From positions 1 through 64,000 of the forward strand of contig JAFGAR010000070.1 of assembly GCA_016933575.1 (NCBI GenBank): 64,000 nucleotides of DNA, given 5' to 3'. This document shows positions 37,366 to 48,400 of this stretch, one piece after another. Source of the stretch: Candidatus Thorarchaeota archaeon (GTDB lineage Archaea > Asgardarchaeota > Thorarchaeia > Thorarchaeales > Thorarchaeaceae). Within the stretch, counting starts at the first letter, position 1; each line of letters opens with the position of its first letter. The notes under the pieces were generated by a model, which was not told where the DNA came from, made no database searches, and saw only the letters and a program-made list of their open reading frames with translations. The translations under genes and the position numbers were made by a program.

Positions 37366-37668
37366 TTACTTCTCATCAAAGAGGGCATCTACAGCACCAA
37401 TAGCTCCTCGTGCCTCTTCACTAGTAAACTCGCCTAGTGAACCTGATTTTGCGATCTGTATTGTAACAACAGCTTGTTCATCTCTGGGTTGCATCTCCCA
37501 CGAAACATCGAACCCTGGTTGTTCAGCAATGAATTGCTTTAGCATATCGAGCCATGCTTCCTTGACGTCGTCTATCGTGATGTAAATGAACTCTATGAGT
37601 GGGATTGATATTTCGACCCTAAGAATACGTCCATCAAGGATGTAGTAGTTTTCAATGTCCCATGGCAT
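37366..37668 (-). CDS. Hypothetical protein
   Basis: 100-aa ORF with GAGG upstream, directly downstream of the large surface-protein genes. Confidence 0.65.
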   Translation of the reverse strand: MPWDIENYYILDGRILRVEISIPLIEFIYITIDDVKEAWLDMLKQFIAEQPGFDVSWEMQPRDEQAVVTIQIAKSGSLGEFTSEEARGAIGAVDALFDEK

Positions 37669-37730
37669 AGGATTGCCTCGCAGTGAATTCGCATTGTCTG
37701 ATAGATAAGTGTTCTTAGCCTGTTTGATAT

Positions 37731-40700
37731 CTATTCTTCTGTTGTGTTATCTTTTTTGGGCTCTTCATCTTTCTTTGCCGTTAAGAGCGATTCAACATCC
37801 TTAACGAAGGCTTCCATTGGGTCAATCTCTTTCTCAGACTCAGAAGGTGGAGGTTCGATATCTACGTCCTTGTCGTGAGTTGGTTCTTCTTCTTTCTCTT
37901 CTTCTATATCCTCAGGCTCTTCTTCTGTAATCTCATCCTCTGGAACTGGTTCCATGTCTTCCTCAGACTCTTCGGTTGAAGGCCCTTCCATGATTTCTGT
38001 TGGCTCTCCATTAGAGAGACCCATCCCCTGTCGTTGAAGGACAGTCTGCACGCCGACTGGGACTATTGCGCCTTTGTCTTGAAGGGCTAACAGTCTATCC
38101 AGGATTTTAGCTTCGGATTCTTCGAGCATCTCAGAGAGTGGTGTCAACAGATTTCTGATGAAGAACTCTCCCCGTTCATCCCTGACTGCTGCAATGTAAT
38201 CAAGAATTCTTGCTTCAGTTTTCGAGACCTTTTGTGTTGGTCCAAACCTGTGCGGGAGCAGCCATGAATAATTGAATGCTGAATTCAATGTTGATACGAC
38301 CCATTCTGGGTCGAAGCAGTCGATAAGCCCAGTCCACCCATCAAGGTCTCTCTCATATTGATTCTCGAATAGTTCAACAAAGAATTGCAATCGGTCTTTT
38401 AGGAGGGGCGTCATCTCTCCCTCCAAAATGAGGATTCCTATGATCTTATCACCGCTATAGCTGTTCAATCGAAGTCCATGATATTGGATCTCTTCAAGAG
38501 TTCCACGTACGCCATCACCTTTGATTTCACCATATACACTCGTTATTGCTGCAATGAATCCGCTGATTAGGTCTGGTTGAATTCTTTCGTCAGTGAATGG
38601 ATGGTAGAAGACACAAGTTCCTCTATCGAGGTAAACTGCCATGAAATGTCGAAGTGACTCTAGGTCAACAAACATCTGAAGCTGGTTGTCAAGCGAAGAG
38701 CGAGCTGCACGCTTCTTTGGTTTAATCTTACGATTATATGTGGCAGCTACAATTCCAAGGACTACAAATGAGATTAGTATGAGTCGTCCTATATTGTCCA
38801 TGAAAAAGAAGTTGAAGAGAATTAGTAGTGGATTGGTTCCTGCTCCAACAGTTATTGCCTTTTCAGCGCTCCATAGTAGTCTACTTCCGTGATAATACGC
38901 TTCAGCTTGAATCGACTCGATACTTCCAGATGGAATCTCAAAATTCCATGTTGCAATACCATTTGTGTTTGTTGAGTCGTATTGTGAACTATCGTCTCTA
39001 ACGAGTTGAGTACCATTTACGAATGTAATTCTAACAACAAAATAGATGTCTTGTCCAACTACAGGCGTTCCTGTGTCATTATAACGTAATGTGGCAATTA
39101 GGCTTACAATTTGTCCCTCTATACTTGGGTCTCCCTCAGAAGTCAATTCAAGATTAACAGAACGTTTACCCTGAACGAGTAGTGAGAATGTGTCAGAGGC
39201 TGAGTTAGCCAAAGGTGCACTTGCCGCAATAGCTACCGTATAAGTTCCAGGCGTAAGATCGAGTAAAATTTCAATGCTGTAAACACCTGCTGAGTATGCT
39301 AATGTATAATCGACACCATCAAGGGTCATCACTACATTTGCTCCAGTTATTGGAGTGCTATAAAGCGAGTCTGAATACGTCACTGTAACTGTGAGATTCC
39401 ATTGTTCGTATTCTTGGTCGAGTGCGTCGATAGAGATAGTAGTAGTTGCTCGCACACTCAGGGTGAGAAAGACTGTAGTTGTTTCATATCCATATCTGAC
39501 CATGGTCACATTGACTTGATAAATCCCTGCAGTCTGAGGTGGTGCAATATTGACTGAATATTCTCCGACTGCATATACTGTTTCAATTCCATTGACTGTG
39601 ATATACAAGATAGCATCACTGATTATTGTACCAATCGAATCTCTTACAGTCATAGCCAGAGGCGCGTCTGTTGCATAATCTGTGGTCGCTGCGGAACTTG
39701 TCCACGAGTTTTCTAGCGAGGGAATATCCTCTGTCACATAGAGAGTCTGTGTTTCTTGTCCTTGGTCATAGCCATCTCTACTAGCTCGCACAGTGAGTGT
39801 TGTGGTACCAAGGTAATCACTACCATCCAGTGTGACTTCCCACTGCTCAGAAAGGGGATTATAGGTCATGTTTACTAGTGGATATCCAACGAATGTAACT
39901 CTGACCCAAGCATCGCTAATCGGGACAGAGTTGAAATTATATGTGACAGTTATCGTGATCTGTTCTATGTAGGTGATATTTCGATCTGTTGGGTTCCAAT
40001 CAACAGAGAATACAACTCCTGTCTCACTACTTACAGAGATCGTCAGTGTGTCATTATACTGAGGTGCATATCCTATCTTCCATGCACTAACGTTTAGTGA
40101 GATAATACCTGGGACACCAGTGAAATTCTCGCCATGCAATTCAATCCAATAGACCTCTGCTATACCGTCCCATGTGAGATTGTAGGTATGCGATTCAAAG
40201 GTGACATTCACCCATGCACCTGGAATACGTATATCATTCACATCCACGTAGGAAACTGTGAGATTTGTACTTTCCAAGTAAGAAATGTCATTACCCTGCA
40301 ACCAAGTCCAGTTAATCGGTTTAGTTTCATAGGTTAGGTCAATAGCGATTATTAGACTCTGATTTTCCAAAGCATACCCTTCTGCATAGATGTAAAGAAG
40401 ATGAATACATGATGACATCCCTGTTGTGTCTATATCCTTCGTCCACCTCCCATTTCCCTGATCATCCATAGTCGCATTGATTATCGCACCAAATGAATAT
40501 GTGACATCTGATAGGGAATCATCTATTCCTAGAAACGGAAATATGCAATCAAAATCAACACCTATTGAGAATGCTGAAGATGTATCAGCGTATGCTGAGA
40601 TACTATAATCATCAGCAACAAGAGTTGTTGAGTAGAACACGAAGACTTCTGTCACCAGATAGCCTGCTTCCAAACCGTTTGACCAGAACACTTCAATTGA

Positions 40701-42263
40701 ATATGTTCCATTATAATCTGCAATTGAGTCTATATTCCAGAGATAGTTTGTAAGACCTCCAGACACTGATACATTTGCAGGTGTATATGTAACCACGCCT
40801 CCGTACCAAATTGTGAGATTTGTCATTCCGCTTTCCTGAGGAGTGCCAATTCCATCTTCAACTGAAACATCAATATCGACGTCTGTGAGAATACTTACTT
40901 TATCTAGGATGGGAATTCCCGTAGAAGAATCAGAAAGATCTATTGCAGTGACATAATTATCTGCAGTATTGGTTAGAATCCAAGTGCCATTCGTCAAGTC
41001 CGTACAGTAAACTAGACTTCCAATCTTTGTGAAATGTCCATAATCAATACTAGTGCTATTGTATAGTCCGATTGGAGTCCAATCTGACGGTATTGAAACA
41101 TTCGCGAAATAAGTTGTTGTACCTGATGCTACTGGAAAGTCTAAAATCATTGAAACATTCCAATATACTTGATCTCCTGAATTTATCACATTCCAAATAG
41201 TTGATGCAGTGCTCTCTTTCTTATATTGGAGGGTTATGTTATAATCTATGGTAATCGACTGGTTCGATTGAAAATTAATTAATGCCATGTCATCATTTGA
41301 TGTGAATGACCAAGATGTTCCACTTAAGCTGGTTCCATTGCCTGTTAGGGCAATTTGCTCTGCGGTGGCATAAGTAAGAGGCGCATTTTCAGTCTTATTC
41401 CAAGGTGTATATGTATAGTTGAGTTCAGCTTCTCTTATTTGCCCTGCGTCATAGACATCCCAATCATTTGGAGGTGCTACGTCACGTAAGTGATAGCCAG
41501 TCTGAAGACCTGCATAGGGATACCTTGCTTCCCACCAGATTGAATTGAACACCCATTCATCCACTGGAAAAGGTAAGTATTGACCTATCATATTTGTCCC
41601 ATCTATAACTACATAGTAGAACGTACTCGCATTCATAATAGCTCCGTCTGGAGAACAATCGTGAGTTATTACTTGGTAAAAAGCAGTTTGACTGAATGGT
41701 GTTACCCATCCAGTGACATTAGTTTGTTTATCAGAAAAATTACTTCTCACAACGAGATATGCATGACCCAGAGTGGCTTCGTATTCTGGTGATCGGTAGG
41801 TAAGAGAGTAATTTTCCAGTTTTCCATCGTGAGGCTGATTGTAAAATTCTTGATACAATGCATCTGTTATCAATCCTGTATTATTCTCTATTTTGATGGC
41901 ATCATTAGGATTGATGTTGAATGTCTTACGTTCCGCTGTAGCATTGATATCACTTGCATTGATTTCTATACTAAATAGTGTCCATCCTGGAATTTGATAG
42001 GATGAAAGGTCCAATTGTTCTTGATGGAGTGCATTGTTATATGAGTTCAAAATACTCATTGACTGCCCATTAATGAATCGAGTCATTGATAACACGAGAT
42101 TAGTATCGACTCCATCATTTCCCACATCTGCAATTATTGAATGATCATAAAATGGATTTGAGGTATTAGTAATCGGAGTCACTGTTGAGGGATTAATATC
42201 TGCAATAACGGGAATTATCAGTATTAGCATAAATAAGATGATTGAACTCCGGGTCTTTCTCAT
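37731..42263 (-). CDS. Receptor-like type I membrane protein: signal peptide, head, about 6 Ig-like repeats, TM, cytoplasmic longin-like and wHTH-like domains, acidic tail
   Basis: N-terminal hydrophobic leader, many NxS/T sequons, TM followed by RKIKPKKR, cytoplasmic FMAVYLDRGTCVF...PDLISGFIAAITS..GE...LEEIQY...FENQY...WTG. Confidence 0.85.
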   Translation of the reverse strand: MRKTRSSIILFMLILIIPVIADINPSTVTPITNTSNPFYDHSIIADVGNDGVDTNLVLSMTRFINGQSMSILNSYNNALHQEQLDLSSYQIPGWTLFSIEINASDINATAERKTFNINPNDAIKIENNTGLITDALYQEFYNQPHDGKLENYSLTYRSPEYEATLGHAYLVVRSNFSDKQTNVTGWVTPFSQTAFYQVITHDCSPDGAIMNASTFYYVVIDGTNMIGQYLPFPVDEWVFNSIWWEARYPYAGLQTGYHLRDVAPPNDWDVYDAGQIREAELNYTYTPWNKTENAPLTYATAEQIALTGNGTSLSGTSWSFTSNDDMALINFQSNQSITIDYNITLQYKKESTASTIWNVINSGDQVYWNVSMILDFPVASGTTTYFANVSIPSDWTPIGLYNSTSIDYGHFTKIGSLVYCTDLTNGTWILTNTADNYVTAIDLSDSSTGIPILDKVSILTDVDIDVSVEDGIGTPQESGMTNLTIWYGGVVTYTPANVSVSGGLTNYLWNIDSIADYNGTYSIEVFWSNGLEAGYLVTEVFVFYSTTLVADDYSISAYADTSSAFSIGVDFDCIFPFLGIDDSLSDVTYSFGAIINATMDDQGNGRWTKDIDTTGMSSCIHLLYIYAEGYALENQSLIIAIDLTYETKPINWTWLQGNDISYLESTNLTVSYVDVNDIRIPGAWVNVTFESHTYNLTWDGIAEVYWIELHGENFTGVPGIISLNVSAWKIGYAPQYNDTLTISVSSETGVVFSVDWNPTDRNITYIEQITITVTYNFNSVPISDAWVRVTFVGYPLVNMTYNPLSEQWEVTLDGSDYLGTTTLTVRASRDGYDQGQETQTLYVTEDIPSLENSWTSSAATTDYATDAPLAMTVRDSIGTIISDAILYITVNGIETVYAVGEYSVNIAPPQTAGIYQVNVTMVRYGYETTTVFLTLSVRATTTISIDALDQEYEQWNLTVTVTYSDSLYSTPITGANVVMTLDGVDYTLAYSAGVYSIEILLDLTPGTYTVAIAASAPLANSASDTFSLLVQGKRSVNLELTSEGDPSIEGQIVSLIATLRYNDTGTPVVGQDIYFVVRITFVNGTQLVRDDSSQYDSTNTNGIATWNFEIPSGSIESIQAEAYYHGSRLLWSAEKAITVGAGTNPLLILFNFFFMDNIGRLILISFVVLGIVAATYNRKIKPKKRAARSSLDNQLQMFVDLESLRHFMAVYLDRGTCVFYHPFTDERIQPDLISGFIAAITSVYGEIKGDGVRGTLEEIQYHGLRLNSYSGDKIIGILILEGEMTPLLKDRLQFFVELFENQYERDLDGWTGLIDCFDPEWVVSTLNSAFNYSWLLPHRFGPTQKVSKTEARILDYIAAVRDERGEFFIRNLLTPLSEMLEESEAKILDRLLALQDKGAIVPVGVQTVLQRQGMGLSNGEPTEIMEGPSTEESEEDMEPVPEDEITEEEPEDIEEEKEEEPTHDKDVDIEPPPSESEKEIDPMEAFVKDVESLLTAKKDEEPKKDNTTEE

Positions 42264-42486
42264 ACTTCAGCCTCACATTGAAAGGTTCAACTATAGTTTG
42301 AACGTCTTAGAATTACTGAATCAATGGTTATTACATTTTGATTGTACGGACTATTAAGCCACTAACCATTAGTACAATTTCAATCTGCTATTGGTTTGCT
42401 AATTATATATAGATATCCTGATTCACTCAACCCTAAGTTATTCCGATTTTTAGAATAAACTGTCTATTTATTTCATATGTGCCAAT

Positions 42487-45400
42487 TTAATCCTTCTTCT
42501 TAATCAACCTCTTTGAGCCCTGGCGAACTTCCTCCAAACTGGAATCTGATTCTAACAAATCTTTTACAATAGACCCTGTCTTGCTAGAAGATAATCCCAA
42601 GCGTTCTGATATTTCCGCACGGGTTAATCCAGTATCACTATTCAATATCTCCTGCCTGGCACGATTTATTGGATCTGTTAATGATATTGATTCAACGGGA
42701 CTAACATTTGGTGTGGTTACTGGTGATGAGACATCTACAATTCCTGGTCCCCTTTTTCGTTTCATCAATGCTATAGCAAGAAGTGGAAATGAAACGCCTC
42801 CAGCTATTACTGCTATCATTACTGGATTGTTCAAGATTATGTCTAAGATACCAGAGTTTGGAGCTGTGATAGCTATGTGTCGGGGCGAAGATAATGCTAG
42901 CCACGTTGATAATGAGCCATTATATTGAACGACAATATCTAACGCAATTGCATCCAATGGCACAGTGAATTCGATTGTAGCCACTCCATCGCTGGAGGTC
43001 GATGCACCCATGATAGTAATTCGAGAACCATCTTCTGTAATAACAGTAATTGAGAATACTAGTTGAATACCACTAACTGGAGTACTTTGTTGATGAACTG
43101 TAGCTGTTACAAGAAGTACTTCGCCTGTCTGTATCTCTTCCACAGCAGATACTGAAATCGTATAGGTTGCTTTTTCCAGTATAACAAGATCAATGTATGC
43201 GATCTGAGTTTCGCAATCACTGGCTATTACTTCAAGCGACAGGTTGTATGTTCCTGGTACAAAAGTACTGAGCCAGATTGAAGTCGAATAATTCTGAGAG
43301 CCTGCTGAGTATACCAGCGAGTATTCAACACTATTTAGAACCACTTTCACATTGGCCCAATCAATTGGAATCATATTGTTCGTATCTGCTAACTTAATCG
43401 TGATTAGGATTGTTTCGTTTTCGTATTGGGAAATCTGTGAAGTGAATTCAATTTGGGTTGGTATTGGCATAACATCAATAATGACTTGACCAGTTCCGTT
43501 ATCATATCCTGCACACTCAAGAAGTATATTCAAAGTATAGCTTCCAGTGTGTACTGATCCACCTCCAATCTCAACAATATATGTCCCATTCCCTAAGTCT
43601 ATCACGTTACTAGTACTAATCCAGTCAATAGATGAGAGAGCCCCACTAATTCCACTATTTGTTCTTGTATCGAGGAATGTGAATCTAATGGAAGTAGACT
43701 CTCTTGCAAACATCACTAGAGGTTCGGGATTCACTACAATAGTGGGAATGAGTAAGATAGTAATTTCTAACATGTACGAATGTGTGGAATAGCCATAGGC
43801 TAATGTCGTGATGTTGAACGTATGTATACCAACGCCTAGGTCTTGTCCCTCAATATTTAGAACCCAATGGTCTGTACTCCACACTACACTCTGAGTCACT
43901 TCTTCTAGAGTGACAACACAAATGGCTCCTTGAATGATGCTCAAATTACTCATTCTATAGTAGATATCCGCCAGTTCATTTTCATCAAAATAGAACGTGC
44001 TTGTGGATGGTAAGACGCTCAATGTTGTGGATTCCTGAATGACTGTTAGAATGTTCGAATACCATCCGTCACTGTAACCCGTCATATTTGCAGTAACTGT
44101 AACATTCCATGTACCAAGGTCAATTTCCGATGCCAGAATACTAAAATGCCATTTCTTATCAATTGAATTATAGACAAGGTCATAGACTGTACCGTTGATT
44201 GAGAGTCGCACGGTTGCCCCAACTATTGGTTGAAAATCTTCAGTGTAAATGACCGTTAGATTTACAGTATCTGTATAGCTTGGTTGTAAGTTTCCCGGCT
44301 CCCAAGTCACAATAAATGAGTTTGCGGCAAGTGTCACATTTACTCCCAAAGTAAGGTTGGCTCGATGAGTGTAGCCATATAGCCATGCACTGATTGTAGC
44401 TTCGTAATAGCCTATGCCTAACTCATTACCGGAAATACTTATTCTCCAAGCATTTGATGAGTAAGTAAGATTGTAAATGTGCGTATCAATGGTCATATTG
44501 ACTATTGCTGTATCAGGAACATCTCCTCCATAGTATGTATAATCAACTACTAACGTCAGTACGCCTGTGTATTCGATTGTCACATTGCTTGGGTCCCAAA
44601 TCACGCTAAGTTGATCTGTAATCACTTCACTGACCATCAAGGTTTCTAGAGCTTCTGCATAAGTATAACCATAGGCATCTGCTCGAATGATAACTGTATG
44701 TTCACCTAAGTCAAGATTGATACCGGTCAAATTGAAGTACCAAAGATCTCCAGATGATAGTAATGGAATTGGAGTAGTTCCGTCGATTGAGATATTGATA
44801 TTAACTCCTGTTGGAACTGCTTGACCTGTTAGAACATAGAAGTAGTTAGCAGTGAGGTCTATCTGACCTAGATAGTCAATTGTAATTGAATTCCAATCAA
44901 GATCTAGATTAGTTATAGCCTCAATTATATTGAATTCAATTGAGGCGTTTACTGCAAACTGATACCCATATTTACTGATGTTTACAACAACGACATGATT
45001 ACCGAGATTAAATGAGTTGTTGAATTCAAACCAATAGACACCATTTGTTCCATGTAACACGTAAAGCGTTCCATTAATACTGATTGTCTTAAGCGTCGCG
45101 TTCTCGATGAGTGAACCATGGGAGTCTCGATATTCAATCTCAAGGATGATGCTCTCAGTCCAATCTATAGTATCTGTAAGCCAGGAAGCAATTGCTAGAG
45201 TTGGTTCTTCATCAACAGCAAGAGTTGTGGTTGCAAATTGACTTGAGTATACGTCCCCTGAAGCAAGTATACTCATGCTATAGTTACCTAATCCTGGAGG
45301 ATTCATATTTCCATAGAATTTATACTGATAACCTCCTATAGAACCATTCCATATTAGTGACCAATTATCAAACCCAATCGTGACATTTAGAATCCCTGTT

Positions 45401-48400
45401 GATATGCTAGTTCCATTACTCATCCTGTAGTAGACAGTTAAAGTTGTAGATTCAATAAAGGTGATTGAATTGCCATTGGACCATGTCACTTGGATAGTTG
45501 TCGGATCTTTGGTCAGAGTGAGGTACTCTGATGTGTTATGAGCGATTTTGAAACCATACTTTTTAGCATCAACCACAACTGTGTATGTTCCAAATCCCGG
45601 TGGAATATCCGATCCATTGAAGCAGATACCATATGAACCTTCAGTTGCATTCCATAGGAGATTCCAAGTTTCAATCTCGATAGTAACATTGACCGATGCT
45701 CCCAGAATTGGTGATGAATTACTCATCAGATAGTCTACAAACAAGTATGTGTATTCAAAATATGACACATTATTCTGATTTGGAGAACTCCATCTGGGTA
45801 TCAAAGTTGTTATTTCTTCGTTTATGTGGAGATTCAGATAATTGTCAGTCAGCCCAACAAATCCAAATCTTTCTGCTTTAATCTTCAATTCATGTGTTCC
45901 GAATCCAGGCAATGAGTCAAATCCATTGAAAACTAAACGATATGTTTCACTTAGACTATGCCAATGTAGCTCCCAGAACATAGTTGTATCGATGGTGACA
46001 TTGACAGTTGCAAGAGCGATTGGTGTACCATCCGATGTTGTATAGTTCACAACGAGGATTGTTGATTCAACATAAGAAATATTGTCTCCACCAATCCAAT
46101 AACAATCAATCATCACTGACTCGGATAGTATTCGTAATGTCTCTAAGTTATATTCAGCATCCTTATACCCTTCATGTAATATGTAAGTGCTAGAAATATA
46201 GAGTCTATGTGTTCCTAGACCTGGGGGATCCATATTACCAGTGAATGTGAATACATAGAGGTGTAGGTCTGAGTCGTACGTTGCTTCCCAGATATCCGTT
46301 CCAATTCGAATAGTCACGTACGCATCTTCAACAGGAGAACCATCTGATATGGAATAATTGATGTGGATTGTTGCACTCTCTGTGAAAGTAATGGTATTAT
46401 TTCCGTCCAACCATATGGCATGAAGTGTTGTTGCTTCTTGATTGAATGTGATGGACTGCGAAATGTCAATTTGAGAGAGATAGTTTGATTTCCATGCTTG
46501 GGCTAGCAAAGTATGAGGTCCAATCACAGGAATGGGGAAAGTATCCCCTGTGAAGACCACCTCATATGCTTTTTCCGCCTCATTCCAATTTGCAGGCCAA
46601 GTCAAGACATATGTAACATTCACTGTTGCCCCTAGTACTGCAGCACCACTTTCCAATCGGTAATATATCCTGAGTATTGTTGTTTCGAGGTATGTTATTG
46701 TATCGCTTGGTACCCATTCAAAGGAAATGGTCGTGTCTTCTCGTCGTATTGTGAATTTTTCTTCTAAATCGACAGATGGAAGATAGCCATAGCCAGAAGC
46801 ATTGATTAATACGTCAAAAGTATCAAAGTAAAAACTACTATCATTACCTCTAAACTCCCTTTCATACGCATTGCTAGTACTATTCCAGACGAGGTCCCAG
46901 AGAGTCCCATCTATCGTCACATTGAGCATTCCTGTTGTAATTGGTGTTGAGTTACTCATGATGTACTGAACAGATAGGATCGTTGTACTATAGTAGGTGA
47001 TATTATTACCATTAGTCCAAAAGATAACAAGACTGGTGGGTTCTAAGCCAATTGTCAGCGTTTCTGTATTATTTGATTGGTATTGGAAATCACTCTTTGA
47101 GGCATTGATGACTAGTGAATAGGTCATGAAATCTAGCGAGCTATCCGACCCTGAGAAAGTTCCTTCATAAGCGTGCGATTGAGAGTTCCATGTAAGATTC
47201 CACGTGACACTGTTTATTGTGACATTGACAACAGCATCGAGAATCCAAGTATCGTTATACATCATATAGAAGACTTGCAAAGTTGTATCTTCAACATAGG
47301 TGATATTATCACCATTGGTCCAAGTAATTGTCAATTTAGTCGGAATGACTGGAATTATCAATTCTTCATCGTTATTTGTCTGGTAACCGAATCCGTAACT
47401 CCAAGCTTGGACAATTACAGTATAGGTTCCAACTCCAGGATATACATCCGAACCATTGAATCTCAGTTGATAATATTCCGCAGACTCGTTCCAATACATC
47501 AACCATGTTCTTGAATTAACTGTTGCATTGATGTATTCTAACACTACTGGTTCATCATTGTCATAGTTGTACTCAGCAATCAGGTAAGTATACTCATAGA
47601 ATCCTGGGTTATTTACTCCATTTGCCCAGTAGACATACAGAGAAGTTGGTTCCTCAACAAGAGTGACTCTCTCAGTTGGATCCAATACTGCTTCAAATCC
47701 TAATCTTGATGCGTGAATAATTACGGTAAATGAGCCAAGTGCTGGTAGATCTTCAGATCCTTCAATATAGAGGTAGAATTTCTGCGCTGTTGAATTCCAT
47801 ACCATTGGCTTCAGAACACCTGCTACAGTTGCGTTGACAATGGCATCAGATATCGCACTATTGTTGTTATTCATGATATAATTTACAGTCAGGACACATC
47901 TACCCATGTAAGTAGTTTCATTCGTAGGAATCCATTGAACTATGAGTGTTGTTGCTTCATTTTCAATAGTAAGGGAATCGTTATCAAATACAGTAATGAA
48001 TCCATATCGAGAAGCGTTAATTGCAAGAGAGTGTGTTCCTAAGCCGGGCGGTGCATCACTTCCTGAGAATTCCCATCTATATGTCTGAGTTCCTCCATCC
48101 CAAGTAAGGTTCCATGTTGATACGCCAATCGTAATGTATACTATAGCACCTGAAATTGGTGTTCCATTAGACATTGTGTAATTGATTGAGATAATCGTTG
48201 ATTCAACATATGTTATTGTTGACGGACCTATCCATTGCGTATCAATGGTTGTTGGTTCTGGTCTTAATATCAGATCTTCATCTATATTCTCTTTATTGGC
48301 AAAACCGTACTTATCTGCTTTAATTGTCAGCTTATGCGTTCCAAAGCCTGGAGGCAAATCCGAACCATTGAATATCAAGATGTATGATTCTGATCCATCC

